From Gammaproteobacteria bacterium (GTDB taxonomy: Bacteria > Pseudomonadota > Gammaproteobacteria > JABABF01), in contig OZ250153.1 in assembly GCA_965237805.1 (NCBI GenBank), positions 1,088,001-1,152,000 on the forward strand: a DNA stretch of 64,000 bases, written 5' to 3'. Below are positions 54,233 to 63,966 of the stretch, in pieces (position 1 is the first letter of the stretch; each line of letters opens with the position of its first letter). Position numbers and translations under genes: made by a program. Under the pieces are notes generated by a model, which saw nothing but the letters and a program-made list of their open reading frames with translations, was not told the DNA's origin and ran no database searches.

Positions 54233-54706
54233 ATGAGCCGCAAAGCGCAGAAACGGGTCGCCGCCGACGCTGACAGCGCATTGCAGCTGGTCAAGGGCTG
54301 CGGCGGCGCCTTGGTGCGCGAGCAGGTGATCGCCAGCGCGTCGCGGGAGTTCCTGTGCTTGGTGGACGAGGGCAAGGTGGTGGAGCGGCTCGGTGGGTCT
54401 CCGCTGCCGGTGGAGGTGCTGCCGATGGCGCGGGCGGGGGTGGAGCGCTCGCTGCGGGGGCGTGGGGGGGAGCCGGTGTTGCGGGCTGGTTATACGACCG
54501 ATAACGGGAATCAGATACTGGATGTTAGGGGCTTGGATTTTGGTGAGCCGGAGGTGTTGGAGGGGGAGTTGAACCAGCTGCCTGGGGTGGTTGGGAATGG
54601 GGTGTTTGCGCGGAGGGGGGCGGACTGTTTGTTGGTGGCGGGAGAGGGGGGAGTGTGGGAGATGAGGAGGAAAATGCGTTTGGATGAGATAAAAAGTCTA
54701 AATTAA
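54233..54706 (+). pseudogene. rpiA: Second rpiA copy with in-frame internal deletion
   Basis: Lacks GVGSGST and DGADE; KGGG changed to KGCG; 3' two-thirds closely matches the intact rpiA. Confidence 0.85.
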
Positions 54707-56377
54707 TGGTACCGATATGCGTCCGAAAATCTTACGGAGATAGTCGTCTTGTCCCAGTATCCCATTAATTTTTCCATCGGGATTTCCCCGGTAGGCAAAA
54801 TTTATTCTTACGGCATGCAAAAATAATGCCTTCTTTTTATTATCACCATCATCATTAAGTGGATAAAGTTTCGCCAAATCTTCAGGGAGAGATTGCCAGT
54901 CATAATCATCTGTCAGAGTGGGTGGGTTCTTTATAGGCGAGGAGTCATCGTACCAAACCTTTTCTAGGGCATAGTCATGAGGATTAAAATTAGGACTTTT
55001 ATTGCATCTATCTAATACGCCTCCAATTTCCCAAGAAAGCCCGGAGCGGGCTAGTAATGTGGCCAGATGGTCTTGTGATTCCCTGTCCATCATCTTGTGC
55101 TTTATATTTGGAAGGTTGATATAATACCCACTTACAGAACTCAAATAATTTAAATTAAATTCCGACTCAGACAAATCCGCGCCGTGCAATTCTGCACGAG
55201 TCAAATCCGCGCCGTGCAATTCTGCCATAACAAACTTCGCGCCGTGCAATTTTGCGCCAGTCAAATCCGCGCCGTGCAATTTCGCCCCAGACAAACTCGC
55301 GCCGTGCAATTCTGCGTTAGTAAAATCCGCGCCGTGCAGTTCAGCCTTATATAAATCCGCGCCGTGCAATTCCGCTCTAGTAAAATCCGCGCCGTGCAAT
55401 TTCGCCCAACTCAAATCCGCGCCGTGCAATTTCGCCGAAATTAAACTCGCGCCGTGCAATTTCGCCCACCTCAAATCCGCATTTTCTAATTGGGCATGCC
55501 ACAAGCTAACTTGGTCAACCCATTGTATTTCAGTGCCAAATTCTATATTTCTGAAATCTGCATGGTTAAAATTGATATCAGATCCACCCACTTTGCCTTT
55601 GCCGGTTTCTTGAGATAATTCATCCAGATTCTTTAGTGCTGAAAAAGCTGTTTTGACATCCTCGCGCAGGCGGTATCTATTTAATTCATTTGAATTCTTG
55701 CCAGCGCTTTCTTGGGCGTTGTTGCGGATATAAGCCACTAAGGTTTTCATCACTGTGGAGTTATATTTCTCTAGGTTAGATTTTGCCAGTGATTCTAGGG
55801 CATAGATGCCGCCGATGCGAGCTTCTAATGCGTGTTCGTTGTCGCCACGCACCTGTGCGAGCAGCTCTACGCCTTTAGAAAATTGCTCGCTGGCGTATCG
55901 CGCCCTGTCCAGTTCGGATTGATTTTGGGCATTCTTAGCATTTTCTAGCGCTGCCTGCGCTGTTGCATTTGCTGCGGTGGCTTGTTCAGTTGCTGCGCGC
56001 GCTTGTTGCTCTAAGGCTCTATTGCGCCATCCAGCCATCACTAACCCTGTTAATGCGGCCATTGCAATCAGTGCATCACGGGCAAAGCGCGCCCGTATAG
56101 ACAAACCATCGCTAGCTTTATAACCAATACGCGATCCTAATGTCTCCCCGCAGTATAAGATTAGTCCGAGAATACAGAGGACACCAACGACGACAACGAC
56201 GACAACGACCCACTTTGACCATCGTTCTAACCAGCGCTTTAAGGTTAGTACGAGAATACAGACACCACCAACGACGACAACGACCCACTTTGGACATCGT
56301 TCTAACCAGCGCTTTATTGTTGGCCAAGCCGTCTCCTTTTCGGTCATCATTGAGCATCGCCTGAAACATCCTTGCAA
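54698..56377 (-). CDS. Membrane-anchored pentapeptide-repeat protein
   Basis: N-terminal TM segments, ARIGGIYALE, A(K/E)LHGADL decapeptides; AT-rich; real start may be ~56350. Confidence 0.88.
   Translation of the reverse strand: MQGCFRRCSMMTEKETAWPTIKRWLERCPKWVVVVVGGVCILVLTLKRWLERWSKWVVVVVVVVGVLCILGLILYCGETLGSRIGYKASDGLSIRARFARDALIAMAALTGLVMAGWRNRALEQQARAATEQATAANATAQAALENAKNAQNQSELDRARYASEQFSKGVELLAQVRGDNEHALEARIGGIYALESLAKSNLEKYNSTVMKTLVAYIRNNAQESAGKNSNELNRYRLREDVKTAFSALKNLDELSQETGKGKVGGSDINFNHADFRNIEFGTEIQWVDQVSLWHAQLENADLRWAKLHGASLISAKLHGADLSWAKLHGADFTRAELHGADLYKAELHGADFTNAELHGASLSGAKLHGADLTGAKLHGAKFVMAELHGADLTRAELHGADLSESEFNLNYLSSVSGYYINLPNIKHKMMDRESQDHLATLLARSGLSWEIGGVLDRCNKSPNFNPHDYALEKVWYDDSSPIKNPPTLTDDYDWQSLPEDLAKLYPLNDDGDNKKKALFLHAVRINFAYRGNPDGKINGILGQDDYLRKIFGRISVPLI
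55171..55480. repeat. 30-bp-period intragenic tandem repeat, 10 units with core CGCGCCGTGCA(A/G)TT
   Basis: Core recurs every 30 bp from 55178 to 55448 with variable intervening bases. Confidence 0.95.
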
Positions 56378-56517
56378 TTATAGAGGATCGCCCCATAATT
56401 GAAAGGCTGTTGCTTGAGGCGCTGCTTTGTGAGAGGCTCCTGCCGTCGCGCTAGGCCGCCGTCCTTCGCCCTCCCCTCAACACCCCCTCCGAAGTGGCCA
56501 AGCCAGCCTCAGCAGCA

Positions 56518-56811
56518 TCACCACCCCAATCCCAGCTCCACTGCCAGCCCGAAGACCAGCGGCGCCGTCGCCGTTGCGAACAGCAGTGCGCCCACCCAAG
56601 GCAGCGCGGCACCGCTGAGCAGGGTGGCGGCGGCGAATAGCCCGCCCAGCTGGCTGGCGCTGAGGCTGAACTCCCGCTGCAGATGGCCGTTGAACAGCGA
56701 GAGATAGGAGGTCAGGCCGATGCAGGAGCAGAAGTTGACCAGCAGGCAGAAGCCGAGCAGCTGCCGGTGCTTGCGCAGGAAGTGTCGGTAGGATGCGCTT
56801 GGGGTGTCCAT
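56518..56811 (-). pseudogene. Internally deleted copy of MFS1
   Basis: First ~75 aa identical to MFS1, joined directly to a diverged C-terminal segment (LFATATAPLVFGLAV). Confidence 0.88.
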
Positions 56812-56860
56812 CGGCTGGCCTAGTGGGCCGCTCCACCCGCAGGCGAGTGCGCGCCGATGC

Positions 56861-58126
56861 TTAGGCCACCCCGCTGCGCAGCACCGCCCGCCGCAGCGGC
56901 CAAGCCACCAGTAGCAGGGCGAGGCTGATCAGCACGATGGCCCGCAGCCCGCCGCCGCGGTCCACCAGCAGCCCGAAGATCAGCGGTGCCGCCGCCGTCG
57001 ACAACACCAGCGCGGCCGAGACCATGGCGCGGATGGCACCGATGTGCCGGGCGCCGTACAGCGCCACCCACGCTGGCGTGTTGGCCGGCATCGCCATGCC
57101 CACCGACAGGCCCAGTGAGCCCAGCAGTAGGTGTACCCCCCAGAGGCTATCTATATAAGGGAGCAACGCCAAGCCCACCGCCATCGGCAGCAGCGCCCAG
57201 CCGAGCCAGCGGATCGGGCCGATGCGGTCCACCGCGATGCCGGCCAGCGGTGCCGCCGTTGCCGCCAGCACCGAATAGCTGATGAAGCCCAGTGCCCACG
57301 AGCTCAGCGTCCAGCCTTTCTGCTCGGCCAGCCACACCTGATTGAACAGTACGCCGGTGACGATGAAGGGTGCCGCCAGCATCGATAGCATCAGGGCGTA
57401 GAAGCGCCAGTCGCGCAGGGCCTCGCCGCGGCTCCAATCGCGCTGGGCGGTACCGCCGCTCACCTCGCCATCGCCCGCTGCCAAGCTGCTCAGATAGCTA
57501 CTGTGCAGCGTGCAGTAGTTGTTCTCGCCGCCGCCGTGCAGGAAGAAATGCCCCTTCAGGCACCACAGGCCGAGCAGCACGGCGGCGATCAGCCAAGTCG
57601 TTTGCCAGTCCATCCCCCAATGCTGCATGGCAAAGACTGCGCTGACCGGCAGCACCATCTGCCCCAAGAACACGCCGAGCGGGCTGAGGCCAGCCGCCCG
57701 CCCGCGGAACCCCCCGAAATAGCGGCCGATGGCGGTCTGCGCGAGGTGTCCCATCAGCCCTTGGCCGAACAGTCGCAGGCCGAACAGTGCCACCGGCAGC
57801 AGCCACAGCGCTGGCAGCCAAGACATCAGCAGGCAAGAGGCGGCGAGACCGGCGAAGACGAGGCTGGTGTAGAGCGGTAGCCGTATCCGGTCGATCAGTG
57901 CGCCGACCCACGACAGGGCGATACCGCTGAGCAACGTGGCGGCGGCGTAGATCGCGCCGAGCTGGCTGGCGCTGAGATCGAATTCCTCCTGCAGATGGCC
58001 GTTGAACAGCGCGACATAGAAGGTCTGGCCGAAGCTGGAGCAGAAGGTGGCCAGCAGACAGAAGCCGAGCAGCCGCCAATAGCCGCGCAGGAAGTCGCGA
58101 TAGGAAGAGGGGGCGAGGATGTCCAT
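56861..58126 (-). CDS. MFS transporter (MFS2, paralog of MFS1)
   Basis: SSFGQTFYVALF, GALIDR, LRLFGQGLM, YGARHIGAIRA. Confidence 0.9.
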   Translation of the reverse strand: MDILAPSSYRDFLRGYWRLLGFCLLATFCSSFGQTFYVALFNGHLQEEFDLSASQLGAIYAAATLLSGIALSWVGALIDRIRLPLYTSLVFAGLAASCLLMSWLPALWLLPVALFGLRLFGQGLMGHLAQTAIGRYFGGFRGRAAGLSPLGVFLGQMVLPVSAVFAMQHWGMDWQTTWLIAAVLLGLWCLKGHFFLHGGGENNYCTLHSSYLSSLAAGDGEVSGGTAQRDWSRGEALRDWRFYALMLSMLAAPFIVTGVLFNQVWLAEQKGWTLSSWALGFISYSVLAATAAPLAGIAVDRIGPIRWLGWALLPMAVGLALLPYIDSLWGVHLLLGSLGLSVGMAMPANTPAWVALYGARHIGAIRAMVSAALVLSTAAAPLIFGLLVDRGGGLRAIVLISLALLLVAWPLRRAVLRSGVA

Positions 58127-58133
58127 CTGCTGC

Positions 58134-59549
58134 CTAGCCGTCTGCCGCGTCGTCCGGCGGTAGCAGCTTGCCGGGGTTGAGGATGCCGTGGGGGTCGAAT
58201 AGGCGCTTCAAGCCGCGCAGCGCGTCCAGTTCAGCCGACGAGCGCGAGCGCGCCAGCCAGCCCCGCCGCAGCAGGCCGATGCCGTGCTCGGCCGAGGCGC
58301 TGCCACCGAGCGCCACCAGCAGCTCAAATAGCGCAGCCTCGAAGTCGCGGCAGCGCTGCCCGAAAGCCGCCGCCGCCCCCGTGCCGCCATCTGGTAGCAC
58401 ATTGAGATGCAGATTGCCGTCGGCGGCGTGGCCAAACCACAGCCACTCATCAGTGGGGAAGTGCGCCCGCAGCAGCTCCTCGCAGCGCGTCAGCAGTTCG
58501 GCTTGGTGCGTCGGGCGCACCGACAGATCCCACTTGTGCGGGGACAGCGGGGCCAGCGCCGGGCTGAGCCCCTCCCGCAGCTGCCACAGTGCCCGCCGCT
58601 GGCGCTCGCCACCGGCGGCGAGCACAGCGCGCGCCCAAGGCGCATCGCATAGTCGCTGCCACGCCGCCGCCGCATTGTCACCCGCTTCGTATTCCACCAG
58701 CAGGTAGCCGGGGGCCGGTGGCAGCACCGGCCCGGTAGCGACGGCGGCCCGCGCACGGGTCATCGCGGCGGCGTCGAGAAACTCGCAGGCCAGCAGCTGG
58801 AGCTGCCCCTGCAAGTCGCGCAGCGCCGCGCCCAGCATCGCGGTCTGCTCCAGTGCCACCAAGGCGGTGTCGGTGGGCGGCGGTGGTGCTGCCAAGCGCA
58901 GTTGGGCCTCGGCGACGATGCCCAGTGTGCCCTCGGTGCCGATGAACAGCTGGCGCAGCTCGGCACCGCTGTTGTCCTTGAGCAGGGCGCGATCTAAGTC
59001 GAGCCGCTCGCCGGTGCCGGTGACGACGCACAGCCCGGCGACTTGGGCGCGGGTCATGCCGTGGCGCAGCACGCGCATGCCGCCAGCGTTGGTGGCGATG
59101 TTGCCGCCGATGTGGCTGGTGGCGGCGGCGGCCAAGTCGACCGGATATTGCAGGCCGCGCTCGGCGGCGTATTGCTGCAGGCTGCGGGTGCACACGCCAG
59201 CCTCACAGCGCACGATGCGGTCGGTGGCATCGAAGTCGAGGATGCGGTTCATGCGCTCCAGCGACAGCACCACCTCACCGTGGGCGGCGACGGCTCCGCC
59301 GCTGAGCCCGGTGCGCCCGCCGGAGGGCACCAGTGGCGTGCCACTGTGCGTCGCCCATCGCACCAGCGTTTGGATCTCATCGACCGACTGCGGGAAGGCC
59401 ACGGCAGCCGGTGCTGTCTCGGCGGCCCGGCTCCAGTCGCAGCCGTAGCGATGTAGCGCTGCGGGCTCCTCGGTGGCACGACCGGCACCGATCAGCGCCT
59501 CGATGTCGCGGGCGGTGCTACGGCTGTGTAGCGGCTGTGCAGCGGGCAT
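58134..59549 (-). CDS. FAD-binding oxidoreductase (D-2-hydroxyacid dehydrogenase/GlcD-like)
   Basis: PSGGRTGLSGG, GGNIATNAGG, GTEGTLG, GHAADGNLH, AEHGIG, DPHGILNPGK. Confidence 0.9.
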   Translation of the reverse strand: MPAAQPLHSRSTARDIEALIGAGRATEEPAALHRYGCDWSRAAETAPAAVAFPQSVDEIQTLVRWATHSGTPLVPSGGRTGLSGGAVAAHGEVVLSLERMNRILDFDATDRIVRCEAGVCTRSLQQYAAERGLQYPVDLAAAATSHIGGNIATNAGGMRVLRHGMTRAQVAGLCVVTGTGERLDLDRALLKDNSGAELRQLFIGTEGTLGIVAEAQLRLAAPPPPTDTALVALEQTAMLGAALRDLQGQLQLLACEFLDAAAMTRARAAVATGPVLPPAPGYLLVEYEAGDNAAAAWQRLCDAPWARAVLAAGGERQRRALWQLREGLSPALAPLSPHKWDLSVRPTHQAELLTRCEELLRAHFPTDEWLWFGHAADGNLHLNVLPDGGTGAAAAFGQRCRDFEAALFELLVALGGSASAEHGIGLLRRGWLARSRSSAELDALRGLKRLFDPHGILNPGKLLPPDDAADG

Positions 59550-59582
59550 GGTGTGGCCAGTGCACCCGCCGCCTCAGCACAC

Positions 59583-60647
59583 TTAGTGCACTTGGGGCTG
59601 CAACTCGCCGCTGGCGTAGCGCGTGAACATTTGCTCGAGGCTGAGCGGGCGAATCTTCACGGCCTGCCCGGCGGTGCCGAAGGCCTGATAGCGCGTGATG
59701 CAGATCTTCTTCATCTCGACCAGCGTTTCCTTTAAGTATTTGCGCGGGTCAAACTCTGTCGGATTGGTGGCGAGGAAGCGGCGGATGGCACCGGTGGAGA
59801 CCAGCCGCAGGTCGGTGTCGATGTTGACTTTGCGCACACCGTGGCGGATGCCCTCTTGGATTTCCTCCACCGGCACGCCGTAGGTCTCTGCGATCTCGCC
59901 GCCGTGCTCGTTGATGGTGGCCAGCCATTCCTGCGGTACCGAGGAGGAGCCGTGCATCACCAGATGGGTGTTCGGCAGGCGCTCGTGGATGGCCTTGACG
60001 CGGTCGATGTCGAGGATGTCGCCGGTGGGGCGGCGCGAGAACTTATAGGCCCCGTGGCTGGTGCCGATGGCGATGGCCAGCGCGTCGACTTGGGTTTTGG
60101 CGACGAAGTCGGCGGCCTCTTCGGGGTCGGTGAGCAGTTGCTCGTGGCTCAGCGTGCCCTCGGCACCGATGCCATCCTCTTCGCCGGCTTCGCCGGTCTC
60201 CAGCGAGCCCAAGCAGCCCAGCTCGCCTTCCACCGAGACGCCGCAGGCGTGTGCCATATCCACTGTCTGGCGGGTGACATCGACGTTGTAGCTGTAGTCG
60301 GCAGGGGTTTTGCCGTCCTCGCGCAAGGAGCCGTCCATCATCACCGAGCTGAAGCCCAGTTGGATGGAGCGCTGGCAGACAGCGGGGGAGACGCCGTGGT
60401 CCTGGTGCATCACCACCGGAATGTGCGGGAACTCCTCGATGGCGGCGAGGATCAGGTGGCGCAGGAAGTTGGGCCCCGCGTATTTGCGCGCTCCAGCCGA
60501 GGCTTGGACGATGACCGGGCTGTCGGTCTCGTCTGCCGCTTCCATGATGGCGCGCATCTGCTCGAGATTGTTGACATTGAAAGCTGGCACGCCGTAGTCG
60601 TGTTCGGCGGCGTGATCCAGCAACTGGCGCATACTGATCAGGGCCAT
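59583..60647 (-). CDS. fba: Class II fructose-bisphosphate aldolase
   Basis: [45 protein letters not shown]. Confidence 0.96.
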   Translation of the reverse strand: MALISMRQLLDHAAEHDYGVPAFNVNNLEQMRAIMEAADETDSPVIVQASAGARKYAGPNFLRHLILAAIEEFPHIPVVMHQDHGVSPAVCQRSIQLGFSSVMMDGSLREDGKTPADYSYNVDVTRQTVDMAHACGVSVEGELGCLGSLETGEAGEEDGIGAEGTLSHEQLLTDPEEAADFVAKTQVDALAIAIGTSHGAYKFSRRPTGDILDIDRVKAIHERLPNTHLVMHGSSSVPQEWLATINEHGGEIAETYGVPVEEIQEGIRHGVRKVNIDTDLRLVSTGAIRRFLATNPTEFDPRKYLKETLVEMKKICITRYQAFGTAGQAVKIRPLSLEQMFTRYASGELQPQVH

Positions 60648-60890
60648 GGCATCTCTCCTCACTCGTGCTGGTAGCAGAGCATTAGATGATAAGCGATTGA
60701 CGGTGTCCACCACCCCGGCGCTTGGCTCTGGGGCGTTCTGCCTTTGAAGCATCGGGGGATATGAGTAGCGGTGATTGGTATAGAAAATATGGAAAATGCA
60801 GCTAATACGCTATAATACATATCCAAAACAGCCATTTTGTATATGCATTGTCATAAAGCATATATAAAAACGCATATAAGGAACCCCGCC

Positions 60891-61991
60891 ATGCCAATCT
60901 CGGGCCCCCACATAGACCCCCTGCCACCGGCGCAGCAGCTGAATACGATCCCTGTACTGACCGCATTGGCGGATGCGCGCTCCGCTTTGGGAGAATTGCG
61001 CGGCACAGCCAAAAGCCTGCCCAATCAGAGCGTTGTGATTGATACGCTGTTCTTACAAGAGGCGCTGGCCAGTTCGGAGATAGAGAATATCGTCACCACA
61101 CAAGACGAAGCATTTCGGTCCGGTTTGTTTGGAAATACCGGCACGGTGGAGGCCAAAGAAGTCGCCCGCTATCGCGATGCCATGCAGCGAGGCTATCAAG
61201 CATGGCGGGAAAACCGCTTCATTAGCGAGAACATGTTGATCGACATGTTCCGCGTTCTCAAACAGCGCAGTGACGGCTACCGCCAAGCTCCCGGCACAGT
61301 GTTGCGGAATCAACAAACGGGCCGCGATGTCTATGTGCCCCCGCAGGACGCGCAACAAATCGTCGCTTATATGCGCGACCTTGAGGCCTTTATCAATGGG
61401 GACGAAGCGGCGCTCGACCCGCTGATAAAAATGGCGCTCATCCACCACCAATTTGAGAGCATTCACCCTTTCCCGGATGGCAACGGGCGCGTTGGGCGTA
61501 TCTTGAATGTGCTGTATCTATGCCATGCCAATTTATTAGACGCGCCGATACTGTACTTAAGCCGTGCGATCAACGCCACCAAGCTGGAGTATTACCGCCT
61601 GCTACAAGCGGTGCGCGATGACGGCATTTGGGAAGATTGGGTGATCTATATGCTGAAAGCGGTGACCAAAACGGCTCGATCAACGCTTAAGCTGGTTGAA
61701 GATATCCGGGGTCTGATGCAGCAGACTAAGCATCGCCTGCGCAGCGAACTTCCCAAAATCTACTCGCAGGATTTGTTGAACAATCTGTTCCGATACCCGT
61801 ACACACGGATTGCTTATTTGGCGCGGGATTTGCCACATGGACACCAAACGGCCCGCAGCTATCTCAAGCAATTGACGAATGCCGGATTTGTCCGCGAGGT
61901 GCGACAGGGTCGCAATAATTATTACATCAATGAACCGCTAGTCGCCTTATTCCTCAAGGTTGGCGCGGAAGATGAATCGCACGGAGCCTAG
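60891..61991 (+). CDS. Fic-family protein with canonical AMPylation motif and C-terminal wHTH (SoFic-like)
   Basis: SSEIENI inhibitory-helix motif, HQFESIHPFPDGNGRVGR, YSQDLLNNLFRYPYT. Confidence 0.92.
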   Translation: MPISGPHIDPLPPAQQLNTIPVLTALADARSALGELRGTAKSLPNQSVVIDTLFLQEALASSEIENIVTTQDEAFRSGLFGNTGTVEAKEVARYRDAMQRGYQAWRENRFISENMLIDMFRVLKQRSDGYRQAPGTVLRNQQTGRDVYVPPQDAQQIVAYMRDLEAFINGDEAALDPLIKMALIHHQFESIHPFPDGNGRVGRILNVLYLCHANLLDAPILYLSRAINATKLEYYRLLQAVRDDGIWEDWVIYMLKAVTKTARSTLKLVEDIRGLMQQTKHRLRSELPKIYSQDLLNNLFRYPYTRIAYLARDLPHGHQTARSYLKQLTNAGFVREVRQGRNNYYINEPLVALFLKVGAEDESHGA

Positions 61992-63625
61992 ACCTTGCCG
62001 TAGAAGCGTTCCGGATACTTCTGCTCGGCATCTTGGTTCAGATAGTCGTCGAAATATTTGAAGGATTGCCGCAACCGCAGCACATCGCGCCAATCGATGA
62101 TCATGACGCGGGTGGGCTCCAGTGCACGCACCTCGCTGTGCACCACGGTTTCAAAGGATTTGAGGCGGTCGCCGATATGCTCTTGCGGCCCCACTTCACG
62201 TCGGAACTCCTCGCCGTCCGGGGTTGTCATGCGCAGCTCCAAGCGTCCGGATTGCACCAAATAGAAGCCGTCCAGCAGCTGGCCGGGGCGCAGCACGTGG
62301 TCGCCGGTGCCGTAGTGGGCGAAGCGCACTGCCGGGCGTCGATCCTGCTTCAGCTCGACGATGCTGCGTGGCATGATGTAGTCCAGCATCCAGTCCAGTG
62401 ACACCCGTAGCCGTGTGGCGATGCCCGGCAGCATCATCAGGTAGAAGCCGCGCCACAGAAACCAGGCCAGAAAGCCGGTGAGATTGATGCCGAGCAGCTG
62501 CGCCACCCCACGGTAGGCACCGATTGAGGCCATCGCGCCCAGCGGCCGGTAATTGAAGCGCTGCAGCGGGCGGCCCGCCACGGTGGCGGCGATGTTGCGG
62601 GCCAGCAGCTTGGCCTCGCGCACTGCGAACTGCGCCGTCGGCGGCGCATAGCGCGGCGGAGCCCCCGCCCCCTCGGCGGGTAGCGGGATCAGCGCCGCAT
62701 CGCCCAGCGCCCAGATGTTCTCGCTGCCGCGCAGGCGTAGCTGCCCGTCGGTGACGAGGCGGCCGCGCTCGCACTGCGGCAGGCTGGCGGCCAGCGGCGT
62801 CGGGCCGCTGCCGATGGTGGCGACGACGGTCGCCGTGGCCAGCTGCTCGCCGCCATCCAGCTCGACATAGGTGGCGGTGGCGGCGCTCAGCGAGCAGTTG
62901 AGCCGCACCTCAATGCCGCGCCGCTCCAAGTGCCGCTGGGCATAGCCGCCGAGCGCCTCCGGCAACTCGGCCAGCAGTCGCTCGTCGCGCTGTATCAGTA
63001 CGAAGCGCAGCTCTTCGGCGCGCACATTGCGGTAGTAGCGCAGCGCACGGCGGGCCATATCGGCCAACTCACCGATGGTTTCGACACCGGAGAAGCCGCC
63101 GCCGACGACCACAAAGCACAGTGCACGGGCTTTGTGTGCCTCGAAGCGGGTGATGTCGGCCCACTCCAAGCAGTGCAACACATGGTTGCGCAGCGCGAAG
63201 GCATCGCCCAAGTCCTTCATTCGCAGCGCGTGCTCTTCCAAGCCCGGCACCCGCGACAGCGCGGCGGTGGTGCCGCCAGCGAGCACCAGGTGATCCCACG
63301 GCACTTCGACCAAGCGCTTGCGCTGTCCCTGCAGCACCGCCAGCGTGCGTGCTTCGACATCGACCCGCATGACCTCGGCCAAGCGGAAGTGGATGTTGGG
63401 GCCGAGCAGGGCGCGGTGTGGGGTGACGGCATCTTGGGCGTTGATGGTGCCGGAGGCCACCTCCGGTAGCAAGGGCTGGAAGACGAAGTAGTTCTCGTCG
63501 TTGATCAGCTCGATGTGGAGCTCGGAGGGGCGGCACAGCCGCCGCAGGGCACGGGCCGCGAAAGCACCGCCGAAGCCGCCGCCCACGAAGACGACACGTG
63601 GCGTGGAGGCGCGATTTTCTGCCAC
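61988..63625 (-). CDS. Type II NADH dehydrogenase-like flavoprotein with C-terminal cNMP-binding-like domain
   Basis: GGGFGG, FQPLLPEVASG, GGGFSGVE, WALGD, PPTAQFA; tail PGQLLDGFYLVQSGRLEL...EVRALEPT. Confidence 0.85.
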   Translation of the reverse strand: MAENRASTPRVVFVGGGFGGAFAARALRRLCRPSELHIELINDENYFVFQPLLPEVASGTINAQDAVTPHRALLGPNIHFRLAEVMRVDVEARTLAVLQGQRKRLVEVPWDHLVLAGGTTAALSRVPGLEEHALRMKDLGDAFALRNHVLHCLEWADITRFEAHKARALCFVVVGGGFSGVETIGELADMARRALRYYRNVRAEELRFVLIQRDERLLAELPEALGGYAQRHLERRGIEVRLNCSLSAATATYVELDGGEQLATATVVATIGSGPTPLAASLPQCERGRLVTDGQLRLRGSENIWALGDAALIPLPAEGAGAPPRYAPPTAQFAVREAKLLARNIAATVAGRPLQRFNYRPLGAMASIGAYRGVAQLLGINLTGFLAWFLWRGFYLMMLPGIATRLRVSLDWMLDYIMPRSIVELKQDRRPAVRFAHYGTGDHVLRPGQLLDGFYLVQSGRLELRMTTPDGEEFRREVGPQEHIGDRLKSFETVVHSEVRALEPTRVMIIDWRDVLRLRQSFKYFDDYLNQDAEQKYPERFYGKV

Positions 63626-63785
63626 GGGTGCTGAGGTCCGGAGAGGGTCTTAATCCGTAGTCTACCAGCCCCGACAGTCCCAAGGGGCACTCGCGACTGC
63701 GCTCGCTATTGCGGTGTGGGCAATGCTCATTAGAGCGGAGTACTGCCAAGCACCCCAGCAAATGGCCACATAGGGTGCGGTGATG

Positions 63786-63794
63786 TGCTATACT
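63786..63794 (+). promoter_or_regulatory. Extended -10 promoter element
   Basis: TGcTATACT upstream of the small lipoprotein ORF. Confidence 0.45.
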
Positions 63795-63876
63795 GGCTTC
63801 CAGTGGTCAGGAGGTGAGGCTTTCGGTCTAGCTACTACCACCTAAAAAAACTCATTACCCACCAAGGTATTACCCA

Positions 63877-63966
63877 ATGAAAAAATCGATTTTGACACTC
63901 GTCATCCTAGCTTCTCCCCTGATGTTGTCCGCTTGTGACTATCTGCGGGAAATGATGGGCGGTTGA
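63877..63966 (+). CDS. 29-aa small lipoprotein (not in ORF track)
   Basis: Own translation: MKKSILTLVILASPLMLSACDYLREMMGG; MKK n-region, hydrophobic core, LSAC lipobox. Confidence 0.55.
   Translation: MKKSILTLVILASPLMLSACDYLREMMGG

Noticed and set aside
55171-55480. CRISPR-like constant/variable periodic array
   Set aside because: Period is only 30 bp, equals 10 codons in frame within a pentapeptide ORF; the variable parts are too short for spacers and no cas genes are present
46875-57068. Diversity-generating retroelement template/variable repeat pairs
   Set aside because: No reverse transcriptase in the window, and differences between repeat copies do not look adenine-specific and include deletions
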